From contig JANKJI020000002.1 of the NCBI GenBank assembly GCA_024626585.2, forward strand, positions 173,988,614 to 174,048,355: DNA of 59,742 bases, written 5' to 3'. This document shows, one piece after another, positions 41,890 to 55,545 of this stretch (positions within the stretch are counted from its first letter, which is position 1; every line of letters starts with the position of its first letter). This DNA is from Ginkgo biloba (taxonomy: Eukaryota > Plantae > Ginkgophyta). A program made the position numbers and the translations under genes. The notes under the pieces were generated by a model. It was not told the origin of the DNA and made no database searches. It worked only from the letters and a program-made list of their open reading frames with translations.

Positions 41890-44240
41890 ATTTATGATGA
41901 GGTTATCCTCAATAAAACATTAACACTAGGTATATAAGTGGGGTTATTTATAATATTTTGATCTCACTAAGGTTCTAGATTAGATTGAATAATACTTATA
42001 ATTAAGATTTTGATTAGGATGATTACTATGACTCCCTAATTAAAAAACCCTATGAGGTTACCGAATGGAATGAGGTACAGAGTTTTTTTGTTCTTTTAGT
42101 AAAACTCAAATTCATGTGAATTAGGTTTAGTGGAAAGTATGTTAAGTGGCTTGTATCTAGGAAAGATCTAGTAGTGGTATGTAGTAAAGGTTGAAATTAC
42201 CACTAACATATGCCTTGAAATAAATTTATTTGTGCATGATTAATGCATTGATAATGTTCAATATAGTTTTTCATATTAAATTATAAACACAAATTTCAAA
42301 GAGAAGGATATTTAATACTTAATGTTTGTTGATAAAAAAGTGAATGTTTCATGTTTACGAAATGGTCTCAAGTTTTTGTTTCAATCAAATTTGATAATAA
42401 CTTTTTTATTAAATGGTGAACATAGGAATGTAAAGTTTAAAATAATTAATAAAATTACATAAATTAAAATTCATGAGACAAAAATTTATTAAAAAAATTT
42501 AACAAAAAATGAAATTACTTTAAAGTAATCATGCCTAGTACAAAAATTTGTATAGAATTATCAACTCGATTTGTATTGTCAGCATGTGTGTCCTTCCCCA
42601 TCCCTCACGTTAAAATTTGATAAGATAATAGACATGGATAATAATGATAGATACAAAATATGTAAATTTAGAATAAGGACAAACAAACAAGGTAGAATAA
42701 CCTTTTAGATGAGAGTAAATGGTTACAAGTAAAATAATATGTTCACAACATTAGAAATGACAATGAAATTGAATAAAAGTATCCCTTAATACCTCCAAAC
42801 CACTTTTAACATTTTATTAGGGTCACATGATAGTGGAATATGAATATATACAATAGATTACTATTGGCACCTTTAATAAATTAAAATCTAAACTCTAGAA
42901 AAAACTTTAATAACTTTAAAAAATTGATTATTGATGCAAAGTGATAACCTGCAAATATTGGAATCACCATGCTAGTAATCATATCAATCTAAATATTGTA
43001 ATATATAATAAAAATACTAATAAAAATTATAATGAGAGTGGACAATATTAAATACCCATTTGTAAATAATGATAGGTTGAATGTGATTCAAAAGATATTG
43101 AGATTATTCATATATGGATGACATCTTTCCTATGGATCAGACAAGGAAGAGACATGTGGTTTTATATTAATAGAGGGTGGTTATGAAGGAACTTCCTAGA
43201 GAATTATGATCTTGAGAAAAATATGAGAAAAATCACTAAGTAATCTAGTTTATAGAGGAAGGGTAAAGGAACTTGGTGAAGGCCATGTGAGTGGAGTGAT
43301 AGTTCATGGTCAGGATAATACAGTGACCATTATGCATTATAAAAATTATCTTGGTGGGATTCTCTATGAACAATCTCAATCTATCAATTTTATTTCCCTA
43401 TGATACTACCCCATCTTATTTCATACTTTTATTTGCTAAATAAAGGGATAGCTTTTATTCAATGAGAGTTGAATCTATAGAAAAAATATTTCCCTTATTA
43501 GATTTAATTCACCTATTATTCAAATATTCATAAAATAATTAAGGGTTAATTCCATGGGTAGTAACATGGCCTTTTTCTAAAGCCAATATGATGCCAATAA
43601 GATATAAGGGTTATTAGTAGGTTATATTATACTTTAAGGGGGTGTGAATCAGAAAATAAAATGATATTTAATGGTGTCTTTGTTTTTTTATAGGGATATT
43701 AAAAAAATTGGATTGTCAAATCATTATCAAGTAATAGGAAAATAATAAAGGTACAACAAAAAGAAAAACAAGATAATCTTTGCATGAGTTGGGCTGTAAA
43801 AATACCCACAACCTAAGTTGATTATGATGTAATCATAGATGAAGAAAATTATATATATGATGAAGGATTTATAAATGCTAGAAACTATGTAAAATATAAT
43901 ATCAACATTTTGGCCATACGGGGATAAATATTAAGTGACCAACCATTGAACCCCATATCTCTAGTCCAAATGCATATAAATATTTTAGAAATAAAAACTA
44001 AAAATAAAATATAAATGACACTTATGTGTCAATGTTATAATCAGTAATGGTAGTGGAAACAATGGCAATCACCCAAAATAACTATAAACAATGCCTAAAT
44101 AATAACTCATCTTGTAGGGAAGTCACATATTCCAATACTCACATAACCCGAATAATATACCTTAAGGAGCCAAGTTTTTTAAGATGATAATTTGGAAATA
44201 TTTTTATGAAGATAGAAAGTAATGTTATTTCACAAATATG
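41890..44240. repeat. Copy A of a ~2-kb direct repeat (gag 5' end, putative LTR ~42189-42584, 3' internal region of the Tat element)
   Basis: Aligns colinearly with 51110-53237; the other copy has a deletion near its end. Confidence 0.88.
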
Positions 44241-44531
44241 TAACACATACAAGATAGATTTGAATAAAATTAAGATAAAGCTAAACAATAATACACATTT
44301 TAACCACTTCACCTAAGGATACAAACCTTTTAGATGAAAATAAATAATTAATAAGAATAGAGAGAAGAAGGAAATAATGTGTAACATTTGCATGCACCAA
44401 GATTGATTCCTCTAAAAATTGAAAAAATATGAAAAAGCGTAAGAAATAAGTAATCAAAATGAAAAACCAAAACAAATGTAGAAAATATTAAAAGTACAAA
44501 TTAAAAAGTTGATAAAAAATATTCATTAAAA

Positions 44532-47500
44532 TCAAGTGTAGTATTTTTTCAAAAATTGGCCATTTATAGAATACTGGAATAATATGCCATCAAGATGAGC
44601 AAGCAGTTAAGAGTCTTTTCTTAGGTTTTTGTTGACCACAAAAGGAACAATCCATAGGCATTCAGATTTGGTATTCTTCTTAGTATATTACTTTCCCCTA
44701 TTCCATATTAATACTATTTGAGTACAGAGTAAAATATTTAAGGTATATTTCTTACCAATTGAGGATATCGTCTATTTTTGGAAAGCTTCAATGTATTTTA
44801 GGACATCCCTATAACTCTTATAAATAAATGAGCATAGATAACTTTTGATCCACTAACTTAGAGGTATAGATTTTCATTCATATCCTAATGGATAGGATAT
44901 ACAATTCTATCATCATCACAACTTCAAATCTATATATTAATTAAAATAGATTAAAACCCATCCTACCTTTACAAATCGTATGATAATCCCAAAGTGTATG
45001 ATAAATCTTATTATATAAATCCTAACCTAATTAAAAAATAGTTTTATTTAGAATACAAACTAAGGTTTTATTGGTCCTTTTAGCTAAGTCGTTTTCCTAT
45101 GTATAATAAGTAGATTACTAGTGAAAAATAATCTTATTCTTGTGATATAATTCAACCATCTTCATATTAGTGAATTTCCTCCCTTTGTTGGAAATAAATT
45201 CATTAAGAACACCAAAATAAGAATAAATGGAATTCTAAAGAAGGATAATGACACTAGTATAATTGGTTATAATTAATAGATAGGCCTTGATCCACTTTAT
45301 AAAATGGTCTATAGAAATAATATGTATGCATGTTAACCATTATAAAATGTATGCATGTTAACCATTATAAGTGGGTGAGATAGGCCCAATGAAATCTAAT
45401 GCCCATTTGATAAATGGGAATTTAGGAAATATAATACTAAGAAGTAGTGATTTATTGTAGAGATTACCAGCTACTCTTTAATACTTATCACATTGTCTGA
45501 TAAATGCACTAGTATCTTTGAACAAGGTAGGCCAATAATAACCTACTCTCAATATTTATTAGGCTATGGTCTTTCTAGAGAAATATTTGTAATAAATTCT
45601 ATCATAACATTATTATAAGATACATAGAAACTTATTACTACAAATACATCTCAACAAAATATGATTTGGAGTATGTATTTAGAGAGAAACTCCAATGATA
45701 AAATACCTCGTTGATTTTAAATCAATGTCCCTTCTTTTCCTTTGAGAATATACTAGGGAAAAAGGTTTGGTATTATAGGTACAAACAATGTGACCATACT
45801 AATTTGGATTCTCATATATGAATATAGTACGCTCATTAGGAAGTAAATCATCCAATAATGTTGGGTATTTATAATAAATAGGGTTCTAATTTCTTGACTA
45901 ATATATACCCTTTAATAATGGTGATGGGGAAGATCTTAAAGATAAATTCTTAGTGTATCATAGCCCATCTGTCAATTTTCCTACTCATAATAGAATCCTA
46001 ATTATAATTCATATCCCTAAAAGGTAATGCCTAAATTTTTAGAAGTTATAAATGAAGGAAACCACTTTCTTTCTATGTCAATATATCTCAATTGATAATC
46101 CACCATGGTTTCTTAACTTTATATTCATCCTCCTCCATCAATATAACACTCATAGTGATATATTATGCATTGAAGTATTTACTAAATTTAGGGGGAGAAA
46201 GGATTAGGATGAGGTTAGATCCTCTTTAACCTAATAGAAATCATATCTTGCCTCTTGTAACCACTTGAATGGGTCATTTCCTTTGAGGATATAATTAATC
46301 TATTTAATAATTTTGGCATATCCCTTATAAATCAAACAACATAATTAATCTTATATAATAATGATTAGAGATATTTCTTACTCTCCAAGAGTAGGACTTA
46401 TAAAATATCGTTTACTATTTTGGGATCAAGTTTTAGCCGCTTGAGAGATATGATATATACAAGTAGTTTAACTTTAATAACTATAAAAACACACTTATTA
46501 GGATTTAGTGATATATTGTATTGGAAACAATTCTACAATATGAGCCTTAGGTGATATATTTTTAGAATAAATGGTGAGATTATCAACATAAATTTTGATG
46601 ATCAAGGTAATGATATTATGAAGTCAGTGATCATTATTATCTAAAGGGTTGGTCCTAAATTAATATTGCTAAAGAGAATCATGTTATAAGTGAATGTACC
46701 CTCAATCATGGTGAATGCAGTCTTCAACTTATATCTTATCATATTTTAATTTCTTTATAACCTAAGAATCCATCCAATAAGGATATGACCTTTGACTTAG
46801 AAACTAAGTTAACAATATGCTAGATATGAGGTGATGGTAAATTATCCTTTTGAGTAGACCTATTGAGATTTTTTTAATTTTTAACACAAATTCAAATCAT
46901 ATTATACCTTTTAAAAATTAGAATGATATATAATACCCATGTGGGGTAATCTATAGGTAAGATAAATTTTGCACCCAACATATTTTCCACTTCCTTTGTG
47001 AAAACACTAGTGGTAGGTTCATCATTATTTATTTCTATCTAAATTGCTTATCTTTAAGGCATAGGGGGATTTAGTGGAAGTAATGTTAGGGTCAAAATCC
47101 TTTAATTATTCATAATACAAAGAAAAATAATCCTAATATTCTATGAATAAATCCTATATTTATTGTTTCCTAAAGATAGAGTAATACAATACTATCTATA
47201 AGTATAAAGGATTAGAATTAGTTTCAATATTAAAAGACATTGTGTCCCTAATTTCTTGAATTTAATGTTCATCAATGATCTTTAGATGGAGGGGGATGTC
47301 CTAAATAGTAAAAATTAATTCTAACACCCTAAGATCCTAAGAACTTATATTATATTAAATATCAATGAGAGATTCATGCTAATCAAAATGATTGTATGAA
47401 TTAGAAGATTCCTCTAATATAGCTTAAATGAAGTAGCTAAGTGATTTGTCATTATTGTATACCTCTTTATATTCCTTATTATCAAGAATATATGGTTTGT

Positions 47501-48470
47501 AATGAATCTAAATAGGATATGATTTAATTACAGCTCTAGTGTTAGGTTTAAATAATGATACTCACACTACTAGGTTATCAACTTTATCTTTCTAATCTCA
47601 TGGAATAAATGATATATCAAAGTGGACAAACTACTAAATTATATTCCTCAATAAGTCTTAATACTGATGAAGGGGGGAATTCTTAACATGATAGTCCTTA
47701 TTGGTATGAATCATTACCAACTAATTATCACTAAAGAGTTGTAGGTTCATCAATTTCAATTCAAGGGTTTTGTTCAATCCAAGCTTTGTACTCAATAATA
47801 TTATTCGTGTAAGTAAATTATAACCTAATATTAAAGTAGAATACTAATATGGATTTAATTCTATAGATGAACCCTGTAATGACTCCACTCTTATTACAAG
47901 TTCCTCTGAATGTCATTTTCTATAAGTTACTCATAAGCTCTAGGTTCATTTTGGGGTTTACTTATTTATTCTATAACTATTTGAATAAAGTATATGTCCC
48001 TTCACTAGAATTAATAAGAAGTGGAGATTAATCATTGTACTCTTAATAAATTTTAAATCTAGTATGATGGAAAAGATTAGGATTTTGAGCCTCATGCTAA
48101 TGGTCACTAGTGTGTTATGATAAAGAATGATTAGGATGTTTATATGCATAGTCATGTTAAACTTATAGTCATTGATCCAAGGTCAACTAAGAAAGTTTAT
48201 ATATGACATTAGCGTATCTATGATGATAAAAGTACAAATAATATAGAAGTTAGGATGTTTGATAGAAATACATGCATCCTTTATCTACGAAAATAGGATG
48301 ATATCATAATTTTCAAATCCCTTTAAGTTGTCATGGTATGGCCTAATAATCTCGAGGATAAATTTTTTCATAATTCTTAAGGACATAATATAATGTACTA
48401 CCCCTATTTAAACTAAATGGTTTCTTGGTTTGATATTGTTAATGCGTACAAAGATATATAAAGTGGGTTT
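44532..48470 (-). pseudogene. pol: Tat pol pseudogene with additional RNase H upstream of RT
   Basis: aRH motifs KMTFRGTCNKSG, TNNIIEYKA, LFSDN*LV, FIP*D*KDKVDNLV lie between PR and RT. Confidence 0.85.
45322..45370. repeat. 25-bp tandem duplication inside integrase (frameshifting)
   Basis: atgtatgcatgttaaccattataa occurs twice. Confidence 0.9.
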
Positions 48471-49206
48471 AGTTGAGGTTGATTTAGGAATTAAGGATGA
48501 TTTCTGAACAAACTCTAAAGTCTTGAAAAAATTATCCTTTTGTTGGGGTATCTTGAGCACATCTAATAATCTTATGTTGGATGGATACTTTTATAATTCC
48601 TTCATGATATCATAGGGATACCACACTGAATGAAATGATATATTAGAGGTATTAGTTAGTTTAGATTTCCATTTTGATAGTTATATTATGTTCCATAAAT
48701 CATAGGAACAACAAGTATTTTTCATTTATTCTATTTTGTAGGATATATAGAGGAAGAAGGATAGGCATTCCTAGCTACCTAGTCTCAATTTTTCATGACA
48801 CAATCCATATTATTGTCATTGTCACTAAGGTACTAAAAGTATCATAAGTGAGAAGAGAAAAACTTATCAACTAATAAAGGATTAGTGGCTAATTCAATAA
48901 GAAAAGGTTGACCAATCATTCTTTTGTATTATGATTAGAAGTAAGGATAAGAATTACAGTATTTTATATTATGGTTTGAGTGCAACATAATTTAAATCAT
49001 TTCCTAAATCAACAAGTAATAGAATTCATGGGTGAAAAATGATATTCATTTATAGATAATCTAATGGATGGATTCTCAAAGATATACAATATCTCCTAAT
49101 TAGGAGGATGACTAAGGAGATTAATTGATGCAGATGAATCAAACATTATTTTCTTTATCAAAATAATTTTATTGGATAAATTCTACATTACCTGGGGGGA
49201 TCAAAG

Positions 49207-50267
49207 CATATTAATGGTACCACATATTTCCCTCTTTTAGGTGAATGAATTTGATAAAAATACATAAAGTAAATCTTGGTGACTACAAAACATATATTTA
49301 CATTAAGAATCATACTTTAGAGTATGAATACAAAAGATGTGAAATTGAGGTTACATCATGAAAATATTTTCTTACTATTTTTATCCTGCATTAAATAATA
49401 TATATTTTAATTATTTAAATAACATATTTGTTAAAAATCTCAAGCACTATAAAGTGGTAGTTTATGTGCCCTTTTATTTTGAGGACCTTAAATATTTTAT
49501 TTTACTTTGATTTTTTATAGATTGGTTTTCAAATCCATGTNNNNNNNNNNNNNNNNNNNNNNNNNNNNNNNNNNNNNNNNNNNNNNNNNNNNNNNNNNNN
49601 NNNNNNNNNNNNNNNNNNNNNNNNNNNNNNNNNNNNNNNNNNNNNNNNNNNNNNNNNNNNNNNNNNNNNNNNNNNNNNNNNNNNNNNNNNNNNNNNNNNN
49701 NNNNNNNNNNNNNNNNNNNNNNNNNNNNNNNNNNNNNNNNNNNNNNNNNNNNNNNNTATTAATTATAATTATAACAATGATATGTTATATATTCAGTTTT
49801 TGGTTTTAAACATTAGAGTAAATTTAAAAAATAATATATTTTTTCAAAAAATACATATTTTATGAAAGTAGAAACTAAAAGCTTTATGACATAAAAATTT
49901 TATTAAAAAAAAATAGTTTTGATTATATTTTTACTACGCTAAAATTTTAAAAATGGAAAAATAAGTGGTTTTTGTGAGATTTGAATATTTGGTCAAGCAA
50001 GAAGATTGGTCGATCGAACAACTATCGTAACATTTTCAATTGTCATATTAGTGATTGGTTTTCAAATTAGTTGTTCAACTAAATAAATTATTTGGTCAAA
50101 CAATTTAAACCTTTTTTTTTTTATACGTATTTATTTCAAATTCAAATGTTTGGGCACATAATTTGTTCGATGGAATAATTTATTTTCCTAAACATTTATT
50201 CAATCGAAAAACTATTGGGTCCAATTTTGAATACACATTTTGCCAAAAATACAGTACCATTAATGTG
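49207..50267. mobile_element. Putative non-autonomous TIR DNA transposon (~1 kb, spans an N-gap) inserted in Tat gag
   Basis: Left catattaatggtac vs reverse complement of right end cacattaatggtac (13/14); AT-rich non-coding interior. Confidence 0.65.
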
Positions 50268-51109
50268 TTATCATCCTAGGTTAATTAGAATTGAGGTGTA
50301 GATACTACAAATGGAGATTTATTATCTAGTAGAGGAAGTGTTATATCTAGTTTAATGAAAATAGGATTATGAATATTTCTACTTATTTGGACTTACTACT
50401 CTAATTGTAAGCATACGTCAATGGAAAATTTTAAAGTATCACTTGATGTTTCCTCAATTATGAATTTTTAATTAAATCTTATTCCATAATAATAATAGAC
50501 TTGATAGGTTGTATCATTCTAATATGTAAAGGAAGGATTGTAGCCTTTAAATTAAATAACTTGGTACTAATATCCTTAATAGATTCACTAGGTAATTGTG
50601 TATGTGAACTTGAGGATGTGAAAAGGGTTAATATATATCATAAATTACCTTTTGAGTGCGATGATCATTTCATCCCAAGATGAGATGAATTGAGTAGGAA
50701 GATATTGATACCACTAAATTTCATCACCTATAAAAGTTTGATAGAACAACTGCATAGAGACTTACTCATAAAAATGCTAATATGTAATAATCCTCTAAAC
50801 AGGCCTAGATATGATCATTTGAATTCTTATCTACCCTTCTAGAATATTTGGATAATGGAATACTAATTATGGGTAAGAGGACCTACTAGCCATCTAGCCA
50901 TAGTAGATTCAACGAAAGCTAAGGGTTTTCCATATTTGGATGAAGAGTATACCCTCTTTAGTTTTATAAGGTATTGTGTTTGACTTCAAATCCCTATATA
51001 CGCCTAGATTTCCTAAGAGCACTTGATTGTATATCACGTGAAGACCCAATTTAACATGTAAATATAGCCAAGGGATTAGGTTTCTCCTTAATATGGTCAT
51101 GAATTTCAT

Positions 51110-53237
51110 GTTGATGATGAGGTGATCCTTAATACAACATTACCACTAGGTCTAGAAGTGGGATTATCTATGATAAAGAGAAATATTTTGATCTATCTAA
51201 GGTTCCATATTAGAATGAACAAGCCTTATAACTAATATGTTAATAAAGATTATTAGTATGACAGCCTAATAAAAAAATCCCTATGAGGTGACCTAATAGA
51301 ATAAGGTACAAAGGTTCTTATTTATGTAATAAAAAATGAAATACATGTGTACTAGTTTTGCTAGTGAGTGAATTAAGGGGCTTAGATCTAAGTAATATAT
51401 AATAGTGGTGTGTAGAAAATGTTACAATACCATTAATATATATCTTAAAATTAGTTTACTTTTTCATAATAAATGCATTGATAATATTCAATGTGGTTTT
51501 CCATGTTACATTAGAAACATAAATTACAACAATAGTGAAAGCTAATAATTAAGATTTGTTGATAAAAAATTAAATGTTTTATGTTTAACAAATGGTCTCA
51601 TTTTTCATTTCACTCATAATTAGCTATAGCATTTCAATTAAATGGAAAACATAAGAATGCAAAGTTTAGAATAATTAATAAAACCACATAAATGAAAATT
51701 CATTAAAATATCAACAAACCATTAAAGAAAAATTAAAAATAATTGTTAAATAAATTGAACAAAAAAATGAAATTACATTAAAGGAAGCATGCCTAATACA
51801 AGCATCTATACATAATTTTCAACTTAATATGATTTATCATATCATATGCACTTCTCCACCACTTAAGTTAAAATCTAATAAGATAGAAAATGTGGATGGA
51901 TAGAATAGAGATAAAGGAGGTAATCATGAAGAGGATAAACAAATGAGGTAGGATAGACTTTCAAATGAGACTAAATGGTTACATATAAAATAATGTGATC
52001 ATAATATGATAAATAATGATGAAATTGACCAAAATGAACCTTTAACACATCTTAAATCATTCCATCATTTTATCTTAGTGACGTCAGACTGGAATATGAC
52101 TATCTCCAAGGAATTTTTGTATGCACCTTTAATAAATTAAAATTTTAAGTTTAGGGAAACTTGAATGACTTGAAAAAAATTGATTATCATGCAAAGTAAT
52201 GAGATGAAAACATTAGTTTCACCATGCTTGGCGATGAATAAGACTAAATGATACAAGATAGAATCATAAAATTACTCGAAAGAGTGAGGAGAGGGTCCAC
52301 CAAATAGAATCTCCTTTATGCATAATGAAAGGTTAGATGTGCTTCAAAAAATATGGATATTATTTAAAGATGGATTATAGCCTATATAGGGATCAAACAA
52401 CACCAAGTATTTCAAGAAGAGATATATGGTTTTCTAGGACCATGGGTTGGCTATAAATAATTGTCTTATAAAATTATGGGATTGAGAAAATCTAAGAAGA
52501 GAAATTGAGTACTCTCATTTTTAGTGAAAGGGAAAGTAAACTCAATGGAGGTAGTGTGAGTGGTGTGACAATTTATGGCTAAGAAAATAAGGTGACCATT
52601 ATGCATGATGAAAATTGGCTTGTGGGATTCTCTACTAAGAATATTAATCCATGGATCCTCTCTCCCTATGATAATTTATCTCTTCTTACATCCTTACCTT
52701 CACTAAATAAAGAGAGAGATTTTTTAAGAATAGTTGGATCTATGAAAAAACTACTTCCCTTATTAAATTTAATTCACCCATAATTCAAATCTTAATAAAA
52801 TGTAGATAAACCTTGGTTCCTTTAATAGTAATGAGACTTTGGCTAAATCCAATATGATGCTAAAAATGGCTAAGGGTACTTAAGAAGTCATTTTAAAGTT
52901 TATGAGTGTATGAACTAGAAAACAAAATGGGATTTAATATTGGCTCTAGGTTATTTTATAGGGGTATTATGAAAGTAAATTTTTGGATTGTTCTTAAGCA
53001 CTAATAAAATAACAAAGGACCAATATAAGAAAAAATAAACTAATGTTATCATAATTTGGGATAAGATAATCCCCCTATCGTAGCCTAATTATGATGTAAT
53101 CATAGGTGAATAAAATTATATAAGTGGTGAAGATTACATAAATATCAGAGCTAACATAAAATGTCTAATCAAAATAACCTTAAGGAGATCATTTTGCATT
53201 ACATCAAATACCATAAAACATTTTACAAATAGGATAT
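51110..53237. repeat. Copy B of the ~2-kb direct repeat (putative LTR ~51420-51844)
   Basis: Aligns with 41890-44240; pyrimidine tract (minus-strand PPT-like) at 51851-51864; PBS-like ggtgtgtagaaaa before tgtt at 51420. Confidence 0.88.
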
Positions 53238-54729
53238 TGTAGTGCTCCTAATGGTTTACACTACAAAAATGTTTCTCCAAATGATATAAAATGCAGAGTT
53301 ATAGTGAAAGACACAAAATATATAAAATATATATCCAATATCCACATCACAAATCCACACTAATGTAATGTAGATCTCAAGAATCACAATGGGGCTTACC
53401 TAATCCCAAGAAACAAGAAAGGGACTCACATGAGTCCAAGATATCAAAGAGTAGCAATATGTAAAAGTAGGATCAAAATAAAATTTGAATTATATGTTAG
53501 GAGTGAAGCTAGGTTTCCCTTATATTACTTGGATCAACCCATCTATTGGCATATACTATATATAGATTCTAAATAATATACTTGTATATATGACCTATGT
53601 TAACAGATGGGTTGATTGATAAAATTAGGTCTAATACCTCTTCAATAATTAATTATTATAGAGTTATTTAAGAAATATAAATCATATAAATCATCTATTG
53701 GCAATCATTATTATATCATAAAAAAATCACAAATGCATCCTAATATATACTAAATATAAATCATATATTGTGAAATCACTATAGTATCACAAACAATTCA
53801 TAAATGCATCCTACTCTATACTAACTATGTTATAAAATGAGAAGAAGTTAGTTCAATAAAATGGGATAATGTTAAGAATGTGTACATATTTTTTCATAAG
53901 AAATTTTTAATAGAATTTTCATGTGCCATAAGATGGTCAATGACAAAGACACTCATTTTGTTCATAATATTATTAAGTTGCTAACTACGAATTATCAAAT
54001 TAGCATCTCAAATTAACACTTTATTACCCCTATAAAAATGGCTATATTAATATCACCAATAATTAATTAGAGGCTATCATTACCAAAATAAACCAACAAC
54101 AAAAGTATTAGGTATAATGACTTCTTAAACTAACCTCAAAAGGATTGGGAAGAATTATTTCTTAAACCAACCTTAGATTATAGAGTCACTGAAAGAGTAC
54201 ACTGAGTTTCATACCTTTTAAATTGATATATTATAAGCATGTACTTTTTCCTATTGAATTTAAAATCATGAGTATAAAAATACTTAGTTAATTGGGAATT
54301 AACCTAATTTAATCCTAATGAGATTGGATTCTATAACTCCATGAACTAAAATCATTCTGGGAAGAATGTTAAATCCAAAATCAACTTATATAACAATATT
54401 ATAAGATATGGCATGATTAATATTCAAAATAAAATTAATTTCAACCTAAAGATTGGGCCTTGTCATATGATATATGATATCTGGTTTTCTAAGAAAATTC
54501 CAAGTTTATTAGATGTGACCTTATGAATGCAATTTAAAATGGAGCAATCAAACTAATGGCAATTGATGAGACCTATAAAAAAAAATTGATAATGGATATG
54601 ATTTAAATATCTATCATAAATTAATAATCAACAACACTTAATTTGATATCTCATATCATAAGTTTATTTATAATTTATTCAAGGAAAATTCACATAATAG
54701 TGTCTTGTTTCTTTAGTATAATTTTTGGA

Positions 54730-54733
<4 letters not shown>

Positions 54734-54762
<29 letters not shown>
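54734..54762. repeat. (TG)n microsatellite
   Basis: About 14 TG units. Confidence 0.95.
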
Positions 54763-54763
<1 letters not shown>

Positions 54764-54765
<2 letters not shown>

Positions 54766-54973
54766 AAATGCAAAAATAAAGAAAATAATTTCAAATATTT
54801 CCAACTTATATCTCTAATNNNNNNNNNNNNNNNNNNNNNNNNNNNNNNNNNNNNNNNNNNNNNNNNNNNNNNNNNNNNNNNNNNNNNNNNNNNNNNNNNN
54901 NNNNNNNNNNNNNNNNNNTTAAATGCAAAAATAAAGAAAATAATTTCAAATATTTCCAACTTATATCTCTAAT
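54764..54973. other. Assembly artefact: 55-bp overlap duplicated around a 100-N gap (54819-54918)
   Basis: 54764-54818 is identical to 54919-54973. Confidence 0.9.
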
Positions 54974-55009
54974 TATATTTTTCTTAAGTTTAATTATCGT
55001 TCAACTTTT

Positions 55010-55545
55010 CCTGTGGGTATCTTTCCTCTATTTACACTTCTAACTACATTTACCCTAGAAGAATATTTATTTATTTCTACATATACCCTATAATAATATT
55101 TATTTATTTCTACATATACCCTATAAGTATCTTATTCTACCTATATTTATCTTTCAATAAATAATTTTTCATTTATTTATAATGATATTTATGTTATACG
55201 TAACTTTTCCTCTACCCACATCTATCCCACAAGTAACTTTTTATTCCTACATATTTGTTGTCAATAACCTTTCCTAAATATATATCTATTTCGTAGGTAA
55301 TATTTTTCCATTTATTTCTAACTATATATACGTTGTAGGTATATTTTATTCTACTTATATCTATCTTATAGGCAATATTCTTTATCTATTCCTACCTCTA
55401 TTTATCTTGTAGGTATATTTTTCTTACCTACATCTATTGTATAGGTATATTTCTCCTACCTAAAACTATGTTATAGGTATTTTTTATGTACATGTATTCA
55501 CCTTATAAGTAGGATCTCCCACCTACATCTTGTAAGTATCCCCAT
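55010..55545. repeat. Degenerate ~31-40-bp minisatellite
   Basis: Recurrent gtaggtat..ttt..cctacctacatctat units; near-exact 33-bp duplication at 55061-55126. Confidence 0.75.

Larger units (their letters stand above)
42189..51844 (-). mobile_element. Degenerate Tat-type Ty3/gypsy element, gag-PR-aRH-RT-RH-INT; LTR boundaries tentative
   Basis: gag ~50400-50900 (QLFYQTFIGDEI*WYQYLP..ISSW); PR ~48150-48470; aRH ~47560-47930; RT ~46450-47000 (IYVDNLTIYS); RH ~45880-46200; INT 44532-45800 (KWALDFIGPI, INGQFLKKYYT*). Confidence 0.88.
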
